64,000 nucleotides of DNA from an uncultured Rickettsiales bacterium (GTDB lineage: Bacteria; Pseudomonadota; Alphaproteobacteria; Rickettsiales; SXRF01): contig CAYOOP010000001.1 in assembly GCA_964405685.1 (NCBI GenBank), forward strand, positions 206,922 to 270,921, read 5' to 3'. The translations under genes and the position numbers were made by a program. Under the pieces are notes generated by a model that was not told where the DNA came from, did not search any database, and saw only the letters and a program-made list of their open reading frames with translations. Of this stretch, positions 1 to 9,133 are shown in pieces. Position 1 is the stretch's first letter; each line of letters starts with the position of its first letter.

Positions 1-617
1 TTGGTGTAGTCGTAAAACCCTGAAATCGGGCGAATCTCCGTCACCCCAAGCGGCCGGTTATCGAGCACCGCCACCGTCAGCTCCCGTCCAGGAATATATT
101 GCTCCACCAAATAGATACGCTCCAAATCACTCTCTTTTTCCAAGATCACTTTGAGCGGCCGATTATCATCCTTCATGACGATATAGACCCCCACACTCGA
201 CCCCTCACACGCCGGTTTCACCACAAACGGCCGCAGCATTGGGTCCGCCCCTTGGAGTTCTTTCAGCATCAACGCCTTGCCCTTCGCGCACTTCAACCCA
301 GCGGCCTCAAATACCACCTTGGCCATGGGCTTATTCATCGCAAGCGAAGAAGCCAGCACACCCGAATGCGTATACGGAATCCCGAGCAATTCCAGCAAGC
401 CTTGCACGCAACCATCTTCTCCAAAATTGCCATGCAGCGCGTTAAAGACCACGTCGGGCTTTGCTGCCTTTAATTTTTCTGCAATATCAGGCGTGACATC
501 AATCTCCGTCACCTTATAACCAAGCTCACGCAATGCCTTTGCGCACGCCGCACCGCTGTTTAGCGACACTTCACGCTCTGCTGACCATCCGCCCATCAGT
601 ACCGCAATGTGTTTCAT
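1..617 (-). CDS. ddl: D-alanine--D-alanine ligase, N-terminal ~205 codons (3' end runs off the window)
   Basis: Reverse translation from ATG at 617 reads MKHIAVLMGGWSAEREVSLNSGAACAKALRELGYKV...FVVKPACEGSSVGV, a Ddl/ATP-grasp pattern. The frame is open to position 1 and the gene follows murC-murB. It is absent from the ORF track because it has no in-window stop. Confidence 0.85.
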   Translation of the reverse strand, partial: MKHIAVLMGGWSAEREVSLNSGAACAKALRELGYKVTEIDVTPDIAEKLKAAKPDVVFNALHGNFGEDGCVQGLLELLGIPYTHSGVLASSLAMNKPMAKVVFEAAGLKCAKGKALMLKELQGADPMLRPFVVKPACEGSSVGVYIVMKDDNRPLKVILEKESDLERIYLVEQYIPGRELTVAVLDNRPLGVTEIRPISGFYDYT

Positions 618-1156
618 GCCCGTGCTCTTACCTCTTGCTGTAACAATGCGGCTGACACAAGCGACCGCAAATCAGGATGCATGAATACTGCCATATAGCA
701 GTGGTTTTTGTCACCCTTAATGGGCTTAATCTCGACCGTATGAGTTAAAAGGCTGTTGTCGTCCAAATCAACGTATTGGTAATCTCGTTTTTGTTTGTTT
801 TTCGCATAGTGCCTGACCCACACCCCATCAGCATCCGTATTGGCAGGATCAAACGTCTGTATAAACAGAGCAATCTGATCATTAATTTCCCTCTTAATCT
901 TACTACAAAGTTCTCTTCGCACTCTCATCACCAGACACTGCACTTGGTCGATGTGAGGCATGCCACGGTGGGCATTGGCATAATCGACCATAAAATCATG
1001 TTTTAATTGCTGCCAAATACGCGCCGGGGGATCATCTTCTCTTCTTTCCAGATGGTGATCCATGATCTCCATCGAATGCCAGCTTTTGGCATCCTTAAAC
1101 ATGTCTTCGACTTTTTCTTGGATGACGTGGGGATATTCAATTTCGATCTCACTCAT
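614..1156 (-). CDS. Hypothetical protein (180 aa) wedged between murB and ddl
   Basis: ORF 614..1186. The probable start is ATG 1156 ([11 protein letters not shown]). It shows ATGA stop/start overlap with the murB stop (1153-1156) and with the ddl start (614-617). No motif recognised. The region is visibly AT-richer than its flanks. Confidence 0.6.
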   Translation of the reverse strand: MSEIEIEYPHVIQEKVEDMFKDAKSWHSMEIMDHHLERREDDPPARIWQQLKHDFMVDYANAHRGMPHIDQVQCLVMRVRRELCSKIKREINDQIALFIQTFDPANTDADGVWVRHYAKNKQKRDYQYVDLDDNSLLTHTVEIKPIKGDKNHCYMAVFMHPDLRSLVSAALLQQEVRARA

Positions 1157-2082
1157 GCAACTTCCCCCACCCGCTTGATTTCCCATTCTAGCATAATCCC
1201 CGAATGCTCAAACACGCGCTTGCGCACTTCTTCGCCAAGCTGCTCCAAATCACTAGCGGTGGCACCGCCCGCATTAATCATAAAATTGCAGTGTTTCTCA
1301 GAGACTTGTGCGCCACCCAACCGCAGCCCCCGGCACCCTGCAGCATCAATTAACTCCCAGGCTTTCTTGCCTTCCGGATTTTTAAACGTACTGCCGCCTG
1401 TCTTTGCACGAATCGGCTGCGTGCCCTCGCGCTGCGTTTGAATTTCCGCCATGCGCTTTTTCACCAAGTCCACATCATCGGGCGCACCTTGCAACCGTGC
1501 ATTCACCACAATCGCCCCTTCCGGCAGCGCACTTTCTCGATACGCAAATTTACAGTCGCTCGTACCCAACGTGTATTTCACACCTTGACGATCGATGATA
1601 TCCGCCGATAGCAACGCCTCACTCAAATCCGAACCATAAGCCCCCGCGTTCATCATCACCGCACCGCCAATGGTGCCTGGAATCCCGGAGAGAAATTCCA
1701 ACCCGCCAATCCCATGCTCCGCCGCAAAATTCGCAACATGCAAATCGAGACACGCAGCCCCGGCGTTCACCATCGAATCCGCCTCAATGGAGATTTGCGT
1801 AAACCCACGCCCCAGGCGAATCACCACGCCTTTAATGCCGCCATCACGAAGTATCAAATTCGAACCTACACCCAGCATGGTAATCGGAATTTCTTTTGGT
1901 AGCTGCGACAAAAACAACTGCAAATCCTCCGCATCTTCCGGCTTAAACAAATATTCCGCCGTGCCGCCCACTTGAAACCACGTATTCTTTGCAATCTCCG
2001 CATTCGCGCGAACCTTTCCACGCAGGCCGGGAATTTCGGCAAACAGAGGGAGTACTTCTTGTTTTTTACGTGCGAGAATCAC
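1153..2082 (-). CDS. murB: UDP-N-acetylenolpyruvoylglucosamine reductase
   Basis: The sequence [25 protein letters not shown]...[23 protein letters not shown] is typical of MurB. The GTG at 2082 overlaps the murC TGA (GTGA) and gives an N-terminus of normal length. The track ORF extends to ATG 2145 inside murC. Confidence 0.9.
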   Translation of the reverse strand: MILARKKQEVLPLFAEIPGLRGKVRANAEIAKNTWFQVGGTAEYLFKPEDAEDLQLFLSQLPKEIPITMLGVGSNLILRDGGIKGVVIRLGRGFTQISIEADSMVNAGAACLDLHVANFAAEHGIGGLEFLSGIPGTIGGAVMMNAGAYGSDLSEALLSADIIDRQGVKYTLGTSDCKFAYRESALPEGAIVVNARLQGAPDDVDLVKKRMAEIQTQREGTQPIRAKTGGSTFKNPEGKKAWELIDAAGCRGLRLGGAQVSEKHCNFMINAGGATASDLEQLGEEVRKRVFEHSGIMLEWEIKRVGEVA

Positions 2083-3611
2083 AACGCCTCGATCTGCTTG
2101 GGCAGTGCATAAGCCCACTTCGTAATCGATCCCGCACCCAAACATACGACCAAATCACCCTTGCCCGCGTTTGCAGAAACCGTGCTCGCAAGGGCCGCAA
2201 CCATATCTCCCTCCCCCGCAGGGGGAGGGTTGGGGTGGGGGCCGTCTTGCTCAGAATTAGCAGCACCTTGCAAGTCTGCCCTCCTCCCGGCCTCCCCCCT
2301 GTCGGGGGAGGAGATTAGCTTTATCGCATGCTTGTGCCCGGCGCGTTTCAAACCGGAAACCAACGCTTCCGCATTCACGCCGTCAATCGGCGCTTCGCCA
2401 GCAGAGTAGACATCGGTGACAATCACTACGTCCGCATCGTGCATGCAGGTCGAGAATTCTTCCATCAAATCATGCAGTCGCGTGTAGCGGTGCGGCTGCA
2501 CTACAGCAATGACCTTGCCGCCTGTAGCATCTTGTTTAATGCGCGCCGCTTTAAGTGTCGCCGCAATCTCAACCGGATGGTGACCATAGTCATCAATCAC
2601 CGTAATGCCTTTGGCCTCACCGGTTTTGGTGAAACGGCGCTTCACGCCTTCAAAACCACTCAGCGCTTTTTTAATCGCCGCATCGTCCATGCCGAGTTCT
2701 ACACCCACCGCAATCGCAGCACACGCATTGCTCACATTGTGAATCCCATGCATGGAAAGTTTCACCCCTTCAAACACACGATCTTTCATCTGCACATCAA
2801 ACGTCTGATAATCCCCATCCGCGCTCATATTCACCGCGCGCACATCTGCCTGCGGCGAGAAACCATAGGTCACAATGCGCCGATCCGTCGTACGCGCAAC
2901 GAGCGCCTGCACTTCCGGATGGTCAATACACGCGACTGCAAATCCATAAAACGGCAAATTCGTCACAAAGGTTTGAAACGCCGCCTTCGCCGCATCAAAC
3001 GAACCGTAGTGATCAAGATGTTCCGGATCGATATTGGTAATGATGCCAATCGTCGCAGGCAGTCGCGTAAACGTGCCATCCGATTCATCGGCTTCTACCA
3101 CCATCCACTCACCACCACCCAAATACGCATTGGTTCCGCGCGCATTAATGATGCCGCCGTTAATGACTGTGGGCTGCAACCCTGCCGCTTCAAATACCGC
3201 CGCCATTAATGCAGTAGTTGTAGTTTTTCCATGCGTACCGGCAATTGCCACACACATTTTAAGGCGCATCAATTCCGCCAACATCTCCGCACGTTTGACG
3301 ACAGGAATCCGTGCATCCCGCGCTGCGATCATCTCCGGATTATCCGCCTTAATCGCGGATGATACCACCACCACGCTCGCATCTTTCACATTCGCCGCCT
3401 GATGACCAATCGTCACCGCAATCCCGAGCCCACGCAGGCGTTCAATATAAGGGCTATCGGCAACATCCGACCCCTGCACCTTATACCCAAGATTGTGCAA
3501 CACCTCGGCAATCCCGCTCATGCCAATGCCGCCGATGCCGACGAAATGCAGTAGGCCCACACCCAGCGGCATGGTTTTGGAAATGGGCAGGGTGCGGAGC
3601 GCGGGTTTCAT
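2079..3611 (-). CDS. murC: UDP-N-acetylmuramate--L-alanine ligase carrying an in-frame ~35-aa repeat-derived insertion
   Basis: Mur ligase motifs are present: [38 protein letters not shown] and [11 protein letters not shown]. The real start is ATG 3611 (MKPALRT). The track ORF's 54 extra N-terminal codons overlap hicB. Confidence 0.92.
   Translation of the reverse strand: MKPALRTLPISKTMPLGVGLLHFVGIGGIGMSGIAEVLHNLGYKVQGSDVADSPYIERLRGLGIAVTIGHQAANVKDASVVVVSSAIKADNPEMIAARDARIPVVKRAEMLAELMRLKMCVAIAGTHGKTTTTALMAAVFEAAGLQPTVINGGIINARGTNAYLGGGEWMVVEADESDGTFTRLPATIGIITNIDPEHLDHYGSFDAAKAAFQTFVTNLPFYGFAVACIDHPEVQALVARTTDRRIVTYGFSPQADVRAVNMSADGDYQTFDVQMKDRVFEGVKLSMHGIHNVSNACAAIAVGVELGMDDAAIKKALSGFEGVKRRFTKTGEAKGITVIDDYGHHPVEIAATLKAARIKQDATGGKVIAVVQPHRYTRLHDLMEEFSTCMHDADVVIVTDVYSAGEAPIDGVNAEALVSGLKRAGHKHAIKLISSPDRGEAGRRADLQGAANSEQDGPHPNPPPAGEGDMVAALASTVSANAGKGDLVVCLGAGSITKWAYALPKQIEAL
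2209..2311. repeat. G/C-hairpin palindromic element (family C, copy 1) inside the murC coding sequence
   Basis: Hairpin ccctccccc-gca-gggggaggg lies at 2209-2229, followed by ttggggtggggg. An 8-nt palindrome cttgcaag lies at 2267-2274. Hairpin cctccccc-ctgtc-gggggagg lies at 2291-2311. The core matches the copy at 41280-41344. Confidence 0.8.
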
Positions 3612-3934
3612 GATTGAGCAACCTGTGTGAGCGCTGCATCTTCTAAAAACTGGTTGATACTTTTGCCCGCAAGCTCGGCGGCAATCGCTAGTTTCCGGTG
3701 GTTCTCGCTGGTGGTGCGGAACACCAGCTTGCCCGAATAAGGTTTGTCGGGCTTCTCGCTGCGCGATTTGCAAAACGCCAGATAATCCTCCACCGACTCA
3801 CGAAACGCTTTTTCAAGCTCCTTCACACTGGCACCCTGAAAATGCACCACGTCGTTAATCCCCAGCACCTGACCATGAAATGCACGGTCATCACTATCAA
3901 ATTCCACTTTTGCCGTATAGCCTTTGTATTCCAT
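3608..3934 (-). CDS. hicB: HicB family antitoxin
   Basis: [44 protein letters not shown]...[32 protein letters not shown] shows the HicB N-domain plus a C-terminal RHH-like region. The stop overlaps the murC ATG (ATGA at 3608-3611). Confidence 0.85.
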   Translation of the reverse strand: MEYKGYTAKVEFDSDDRAFHGQVLGINDVVHFQGASVKELEKAFRESVEDYLAFCKSRSEKPDKPYSGKLVFRTTSENHRKLAIAAELAGKSINQFLEDAALTQVAQS

Positions 3935-3942
3935 ATTCCCTC

Positions 3943-4203
3943 CTAATGCATCGTCATGTTGGAACGCAGCAGAAACATTTGCACCGCTTTGACCACTCCC
4001 CTATCCGTTTCCTTGCGCGGATGCGGGCGATGAAACACCGCTCTTACACCGTTCAGCTCTACCCGCACACGCGAACCGTTTCCTTCTGTCACTTCCGCGC
4101 CCAACGCCTCCAATAGGGCTTCGATTTCACGCCATGCAATATCAGCACGCGTGGGCACATCAAAAATCGCCTCCCATGTTTTGCGGTGTTTACTACTGAC
4201 CAT
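3943..4203 (-). CDS. hicA: HicA family mRNA interferase toxin
   Basis: The pattern KTWEAIF...IAWREIEALLEALGAEVTEGNGSRVRVELNGVRAVFHRPHPRKE is HicA-like. The gene lies immediately upstream of hicB, which is the canonical toxin-first order. Confidence 0.75.
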   Translation of the reverse strand: MVSSKHRKTWEAIFDVPTRADIAWREIEALLEALGAEVTEGNGSRVRVELNGVRAVFHRPHPRKETDRGVVKAVQMFLLRSNMTMH

Positions 4204-4263
4204 CCATCGTCCCTTATAGTACCAATTTATAGTATTGTTGTAAAGTACTATTTTATAGTATCA
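4204..4263 (-). promoter_or_regulatory. Putative hicAB promoter/operator with TATAGTA repeats
   Basis: Three direct copies of TATAGTA(C/T) start at 4215, 4228 and 4254. A perfect palindrome tactat-ttt-atagta lies at 4246-4260. The 60-bp AT-rich gap sits between the lysC stop and the hicA start. Confidence 0.45.
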
Positions 4264-5490
4264 TTATGCCGCATCCAGCCCAAATGCCGTGTGCAGTGCG
4301 CGAATCGCAAGCTCGACATAGGCCTCATCAATCAACACGCTGATTTTGATTTCGGACGTCGAAATCACGATGATGTTGATGCTCTTTTCGGCAAGCGCCG
4401 TAAACATCGTGCTCGCAATCCCGGAGTGGCTGCGCATGCCCACGCCCACGGCAGAAATTTTCGCAACGTTGGCGGCCGAGTGCACGCTTTTGAATTTCAT
4501 TTCGCTATGAAGTTTATCGACAACCGCGAGCGCACGCTGCAAATCCCCACGCGGCACGGTGAAGGTAATATCCGTCTCGCCCCCGCCTTCAGTCACGTTT
4601 TGAACGATCATATCGACATTGATATTGCCCGCCGCCAGCGGCCCAAACAACTTAGCGGAAACACCGGGAATATTCGGCACCCCCGTAATTGAAATGCGCG
4701 CTTCGTCGCGGCTATAGGCAATGCCCGTAATTTTACTTTGTTCCACAAGTTCCTCCTCGTTGGTCAACATCGTTCCTGGTTCATCTGAAAAGCTTGAAAG
4801 CACTTGCACTTTCACGCGGTGATTCATCGCCATTTCCACCGAGCGCGTCTGCAATACTTTCGCCCCCAGCGATGCCATCTCCAGCATCTCCTCATAGGAA
4901 ATTTTCGCAAGCTTGCGCGCCTTCGGCACAATGCGCGGATCAGTCGTATAGACCCCGTCCACGTCCGTATAAATATCGCAGCGGTCCGCCTTCAGCGCCG
5001 CGGCAATGGCGACCGCTGATGTATCCGACCCGCCACGTCCCAGCGTGCTTACGCGGCCATCAATATTGATGCCTTGAAATCCCGCAATCACCGCAACGGT
5101 TCCTCTATCGAGCACCGCGTGCAATTTTTCCGCATCGATCGATTGAATGCGCGCCTTCCCATGTGCCTTGTCGGAAATCAGCGGAATCTGCCAGCCGGAA
5201 AACGAACGTGCAGGAATCCCCATCTCAAGTAAGCAAAGCGCCAAGAGCCCACTCGTCACCTGTTCGCCGCTTGCCACCACCTGATCATATTCCGCCCAGG
5301 CACCCTCGCTCGTAAGCGGCGAAATTTCCTCAACATAGGCAACCATTTGGTTCGTCACCCCCGCCATCGCTGAAACGACCACAGCCACATGATTGCCCGC
5401 ATCCAACTCGCGCTTCACTTTCGTGGCAACGTTTCGGATGCGGTCAATGTCCTTCACCGACGTGCCGCCAAATTTTTGTACGATTAGCAT
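4264..5490 (-). CDS. lysC: Aspartate kinase
   Basis: MLIVQKFGGTSVKDIDRIRNVA...VVVSAMAGVTN, with C-terminal ACT repeats. Confidence 0.95.
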   Translation of the reverse strand: MLIVQKFGGTSVKDIDRIRNVATKVKRELDAGNHVAVVVSAMAGVTNQMVAYVEEISPLTSEGAWAEYDQVVASGEQVTSGLLALCLLEMGIPARSFSGWQIPLISDKAHGKARIQSIDAEKLHAVLDRGTVAVIAGFQGINIDGRVSTLGRGGSDTSAVAIAAALKADRCDIYTDVDGVYTTDPRIVPKARKLAKISYEEMLEMASLGAKVLQTRSVEMAMNHRVKVQVLSSFSDEPGTMLTNEEELVEQSKITGIAYSRDEARISITGVPNIPGVSAKLFGPLAAGNINVDMIVQNVTEGGGETDITFTVPRGDLQRALAVVDKLHSEMKFKSVHSAANVAKISAVGVGMRSHSGIASTMFTALAEKSINIIVISTSEIKISVLIDEAYVELAIRALHTAFGLDAA

Positions 5491-5520
5491 AGGGTGCGGA
5501 AAATACGGCTAGAGCGTTGC

Positions 5521-5925
5521 TCAGTCTAGCGTTTTCTGCATTACCACCGCATCCTCACCGGTGGCATAATAGGCCTTACGAACGCGCACGGTCTTAAAAC
5601 CCAGGCCTTCATAAAGCCTGGTTGCCGCCGTATTATTTGCTGCAACATCCAGAAATATCTTGCGTGCCCCCTGCGCCAGCGCCTTTTCCATCAGCGCTTC
5701 AGCCAACCCCTGCCGGCGTTTTTCAGGCACCACCACCAAGGTCAGCACCTCGAGTTCATCCGCCGCGCGCTGGAACAAGCCAAAGGCCACCCCTTCCACA
5801 CCAAGCCCAATAACCGATTGTTTTTCAAGTAATTCCATGATCGAATCCTCTGACCATGAATGGGGAAAGCTGAGCTTATGCACACGAGCCATCCACCCAA
5901 CATCGCTTGCCGTAAGCGTTTTCAT
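5521..5925 (-). CDS. GNAT family N-acetyltransferase (RimI-like)
   Basis: Acetyl-CoA binding pattern VVPEKRRQGLAEALMEKAL...TAATRLYEGLGFK. The length is 134 aa. Confidence 0.75.
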   Translation of the reverse strand: MKTLTASDVGWMARVHKLSFPHSWSEDSIMELLEKQSVIGLGVEGVAFGLFQRAADELEVLTLVVVPEKRRQGLAEALMEKALAQGARKIFLDVAANNTAATRLYEGLGFKTVRVRKAYYATGEDAVVMQKTLD

Positions 5926-6317
5926 TCAACGGTGGGCAGTGCCGGCTCCACAGTCGGCGCGGGAGCGGGCGTATTAAATTTTTCCACAAGCGCCGGAATA
6001 TCCGGATGGTAAGGCTCTATTTTTTTAGCCGCTGCAAACGCCTGCTTGGCCTTATCGCGATTCCCTTTAAGCAGCTGTGCCTCCGCCAATTTCAGCCAGG
6101 CATTGGCATTTTTGGGAGAAAGCCGCGTCACCAGCGTAAAACGAAACACCGCATCGGTGGTGTTCCCACGCTCCAAATGCATCACGCCTAAGCGATAATT
6201 ATTCCCTTGAATATCCTGCAGCTTCGCCACCACGCCGTCTAAGGACTGCTTGAGGTTTTGGGCAAGTAGCGCTAAGTTCGCCTTGAGCTTCGCAATTTCC
6301 TTATTCATCCCGCACAC
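5922..6317 (-). CDS. TPR repeat protein
   Basis: TPR-like helices are present (NANAWLKLAEAQLLKGNRDKAKQAFAAAKKIEP). There is ATGA overlap with the downstream GNAT gene. The start may be ATG 6308. Confidence 0.65.
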   Translation of the reverse strand: MCGMNKEIAKLKANLALLAQNLKQSLDGVVAKLQDIQGNNYRLGVMHLERGNTTDAVFRFTLVTRLSPKNANAWLKLAEAQLLKGNRDKAKQAFAAAKKIEPYHPDIPALVEKFNTPAPAPTVEPALPTVE

Positions 6318-6329
6318 TTAGCGTTTTTT

Positions 6330-7019
6330 ATGACCACCGTCAACTTGGCCGAAATTGAAAAATTCTCATCGATCGCGGACGAGTGGTGGGACCCGCGCGG
6401 CAAATTCAAACCGCTACACATCATCAACCCGCTACGCATCGGCTACATCAAACAGCACATCGGCGAACTCAAAGGCAAAACCCTGCTCGACATCGGCTGC
6501 GGCGGCGGCCTGATATGCGAACCCATGGCGCGCCTCGGCGCCAACGTCACGGGTGTTGACGCTTCTCAAAAAAACATTTCGGTAGCGAAACACCATGCCG
6601 AACAAATGGGTCTTACGATTGATTATCACGTAACAACAGCGGATCAACTCACTGAACAATTCGACGTCGTCCTCGCCCTCGAAATCGTCGAACATGTAGA
6701 TGATGTCCCTGCCTTTGTTGCAAGCGTCATGGCTCGCGTCAAACCCGGCGGCACCGCGTTTTTCTCTACCATCAACCGCACCATGAAATCCTACGCCCTC
6801 GCCATCATCGGTGCAGAATATATTTTACGCTGGGTACCCACCGGCACGCACGACTGGAACAAGTTTTTAAAACCCCACGAATTGCTCGGCCACATCGAAA
6901 CCGCCGGTGGGCGGTTAAAAGAAATGACCGGCATGGTCATGAACCCACTCACCTTCGAATGGAAATTAGACCCGCGCGACGTTGGCGTGAATTATTTCAT
7001 GACGATTAAAAAACCATGA
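6330..7019 (+). CDS. ubiG: Bifunctional 3-demethylubiquinol 3-O-methyltransferase / 2-polyprenyl-6-hydroxyphenol methylase
   Basis: FSSIADEWWDPRGKFKPLHIINPLRIGYIK and the SAM motif LLDIGCGGGLICE. Confidence 0.92.
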   Translation: MTTVNLAEIEKFSSIADEWWDPRGKFKPLHIINPLRIGYIKQHIGELKGKTLLDIGCGGGLICEPMARLGANVTGVDASQKNISVAKHHAEQMGLTIDYHVTTADQLTEQFDVVLALEIVEHVDDVPAFVASVMARVKPGGTAFFSTINRTMKSYALAIIGAEYILRWVPTGTHDWNKFLKPHELLGHIETAGGRLKEMTGMVMNPLTFEWKLDPRDVGVNYFMTIKKP

Positions 7020-7072
7020 TGTCGATTTACTATGCCATTGATAGCCAAAGGTCTAAATGCTAGAAAGTACAA

Positions 7073-8155
7073 ATGAATTATAAAATTCCTTCTCTGCCCC
7101 TGCAGTTTGATTTAGAGACAAAACCGGTGCTTAAAAAGCTGGCCCGCACCCATCAGGCACTTGCAGAACTCAAAGGTGTTACCGGCATTATCCCTAACCA
7201 GACTATTCTGATCAGCACGCTATCATTACAAGAAGCAAAAGATAGTTCTGCGATTGAAAATATCATCACTACTCACGATGAATTATACAAAAGTGACGCT
7301 ATCGCAAGGCAGTTTGTAAGTGCCGCAGCAAAAGAGGTGCATAATTACGCAACCGCACTACGCGAAGGATATAAAAAAGTAAAAGAAAGCCACCTACTTA
7401 CCAGCAATCACATTATAGAAATGCAGGCAACACTAGAGGGAAATAGCGCGGGTCTACGCACGCAGTCCGGAACGGCACTGAAGAACGACCGCACAGGCGA
7501 AACCGTATATATGCCGCCACAAGAAGCGAATCAGATTATTTCTCTTATGAGTAATTTGGAGAAATTCATCAACGACGATCGCCTAAGTGCCCTTGACCCC
7601 CTCATAAAAATGGCGGTTATCCACCATCAATTCGAAAGTATCCATCCTTTTTATGATGGTAACGGCAGGACAGGCCGTATTATCAATATTCTATATTTAG
7701 TAAAACAGGGCCTGCTGGACATGCCGGTACTTTATCTCTCGCGCTACATCAACCAAACCAAGCATGAATATTACCGCTTATTGCAATCGGTGCGCGATCA
7801 TCATGCGTGGGAAGAGTGGGTGCTTTATGTACTAGAAGGCGTAGAGCAAACTTCGCATCAAACAATTCAGTTAATCCACTCCATGAAGGAACTGATGCAA
7901 CAACATAAAAATAAAATGCGCAGTGAGCTGCCGAGAATTTACAGCCAAGATTTGATTAATATTATTTTTAGCCATCCCTACACAAAAATAGAGTTTTTAA
8001 AGCGTGAAATGGATGTTAAGTCCCGCATCACTGCCACACGCTATCTTGACGAGCTTACTCGCATTGGGCTAATGAATAAAATACGACTTGGACGCGAAAA
8101 TTATTATGTTAATACAGATCTTTACAAGATTCTGAGCAATACGCATAGGTCCTAG
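7073..8155 (+). CDS. Fic family protein (class II, intramolecular inhibitory motif)
   Basis: The Fic active-site motif HPFYDGNGRTGR is present. An N-terminal SSAIEN matches the inhibitory [ST]xxxE[GN] motif. The C-terminal region is wHTH-like. The gene is AT-rich. Confidence 0.88.
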   Translation: MNYKIPSLPLQFDLETKPVLKKLARTHQALAELKGVTGIIPNQTILISTLSLQEAKDSSAIENIITTHDELYKSDAIARQFVSAAAKEVHNYATALREGYKKVKESHLLTSNHIIEMQATLEGNSAGLRTQSGTALKNDRTGETVYMPPQEANQIISLMSNLEKFINDDRLSALDPLIKMAVIHHQFESIHPFYDGNGRTGRIINILYLVKQGLLDMPVLYLSRYINQTKHEYYRLLQSVRDHHAWEEWVLYVLEGVEQTSHQTIQLIHSMKELMQQHKNKMRSELPRIYSQDLINIIFSHPYTKIEFLKREMDVKSRITATRYLDELTRIGLMNKIRLGRENYYVNTDLYKILSNTHRS

Positions 8156-8160
8156 ATAGA

Positions 8161-8191
8161 TTCTATATATATCGCAAGAATATATATAGAA
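8161..8191. terminator. Perfect 12-bp AT-only inverted repeat between the convergent fic and desaturase genes
   Basis: The sequence is ttctatatatat-cgcaaga-atatatatagaa. There is no canonical T-tract, so this could be a bidirectional terminator or a protein-binding palindrome. Confidence 0.3.
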
Positions 8192-8218
8192 AAAGTCGAT
8201 TCTCTATACAAATCCACC

Positions 8219-9133
8219 CTAAAGCGTTTTCCACAATTCACGAAACGCGGTGATGTAGGTAGGCCGCGCATCTTCCGGGTCAAAATCTTTTTCAATCAGC
8301 AGCGCGTGCAGGCGCGGCAGGTGGTAAGATGAAATGCCCGGATAGCGGTGATGCTCATGGTGGTAATTAAAATTCGCACCGCTCATGATCCATTTCTCCA
8401 CCCGGCGGCTAATGATCGTGCGCGAGGTCGGGCGCGGGTTGGAAAGATAATCAAACTTCTGATAATCGAGCGAGCCATGTTCCAAAAACATGCGCAGACG
8501 GCTTAAAAATAAAAACACCGTCGCCCCCGGCACCAACACAAACACGGGGTAGCGCCACAACTCAGAGAGTGCGAGCCCATGTGTCAAATACACCAACAAC
8601 GCCAGCTGCACGCCCACTACCCATGCGTGGCCCGAGAGCGAACGCTCAAGCCGCAGCACTTCTGTTGCTTCTTTTTTTGCACGCAGGGTCTTATAATAAT
8701 CCCCAAGCTTATGCCAAAGATTCGCTCCCAACAGTGGCTTGAGTAGAAACCCTATAAGCTCGCGCTTCGAATTAAACCGTACAAAATAGTCTACCGCTCC
8801 CGGGTCATCCATCGTTCCAAAATGCTTGTGGTGGCGCATGTGCTCTTCGCGAAACGCATCAAACGGTGTTGCCAACATCCCTGCCATCAGCTGGCCTACG
8901 ATGCGATTGACCGCGCGCGATTTAAACAGCGCGTAGTGCGACGTGTCATGCAGCGGAAAATAGATTTTGTAAAACAGCAGGCCCATTGCCAACACCATCA
9001 GAACAATCATCCCTGCTGAGGTTACTTCGCGCGCAATTGTAAGCCCCAGCGCCAGCAACGCAAGCGGCACCAGCGCTTGCCATAACGCATAGGACGTGAC
9101 CGGGTTTAATTCCTTGAGTTGCACTTCCGCCAT
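8219..9133 (-). CDS. Membrane fatty-acid desaturase/hydroxylase family protein
   Basis: Three histidine boxes are present: HDTSH, HMRHHKH and HHEHH. There are N-terminal TM helices. The ATG at 9133 overlaps the upstream methyltransferase stop by 1 nt. The track ORF extends to 9157. Confidence 0.85.
   Translation of the reverse strand: MAEVQLKELNPVTSYALWQALVPLALLALGLTIAREVTSAGMIVLMVLAMGLLFYKIYFPLHDTSHYALFKSRAVNRIVGQLMAGMLATPFDAFREEHMRHHKHFGTMDDPGAVDYFVRFNSKRELIGFLLKPLLGANLWHKLGDYYKTLRAKKEATEVLRLERSLSGHAWVVGVQLALLVYLTHGLALSELWRYPVFVLVPGATVFLFLSRLRMFLEHGSLDYQKFDYLSNPRPTSRTIISRRVEKWIMSGANFNYHHEHHRYPGISSYHLPRLHALLIEKDFDPEDARPTYITAFRELWKTL

Noticed and set aside
3612-3773. N-terminal extensions of track ORFs. 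Affected genes are murC (to 3773), metZ (to 44602), coq7 (to 51753), hpt (to 57854), rplI (to 47799), the flhB-like gene (to 63817), purC (to 55278) and ftsE (from 57863).
   Set aside because: The extensions overlap the upstream gene and are non-conserved-looking Arg/Pro-rich sequence. In each case an internal ATG restores the canonical family N-terminus, often with an ATGA junction to the upstream stop.
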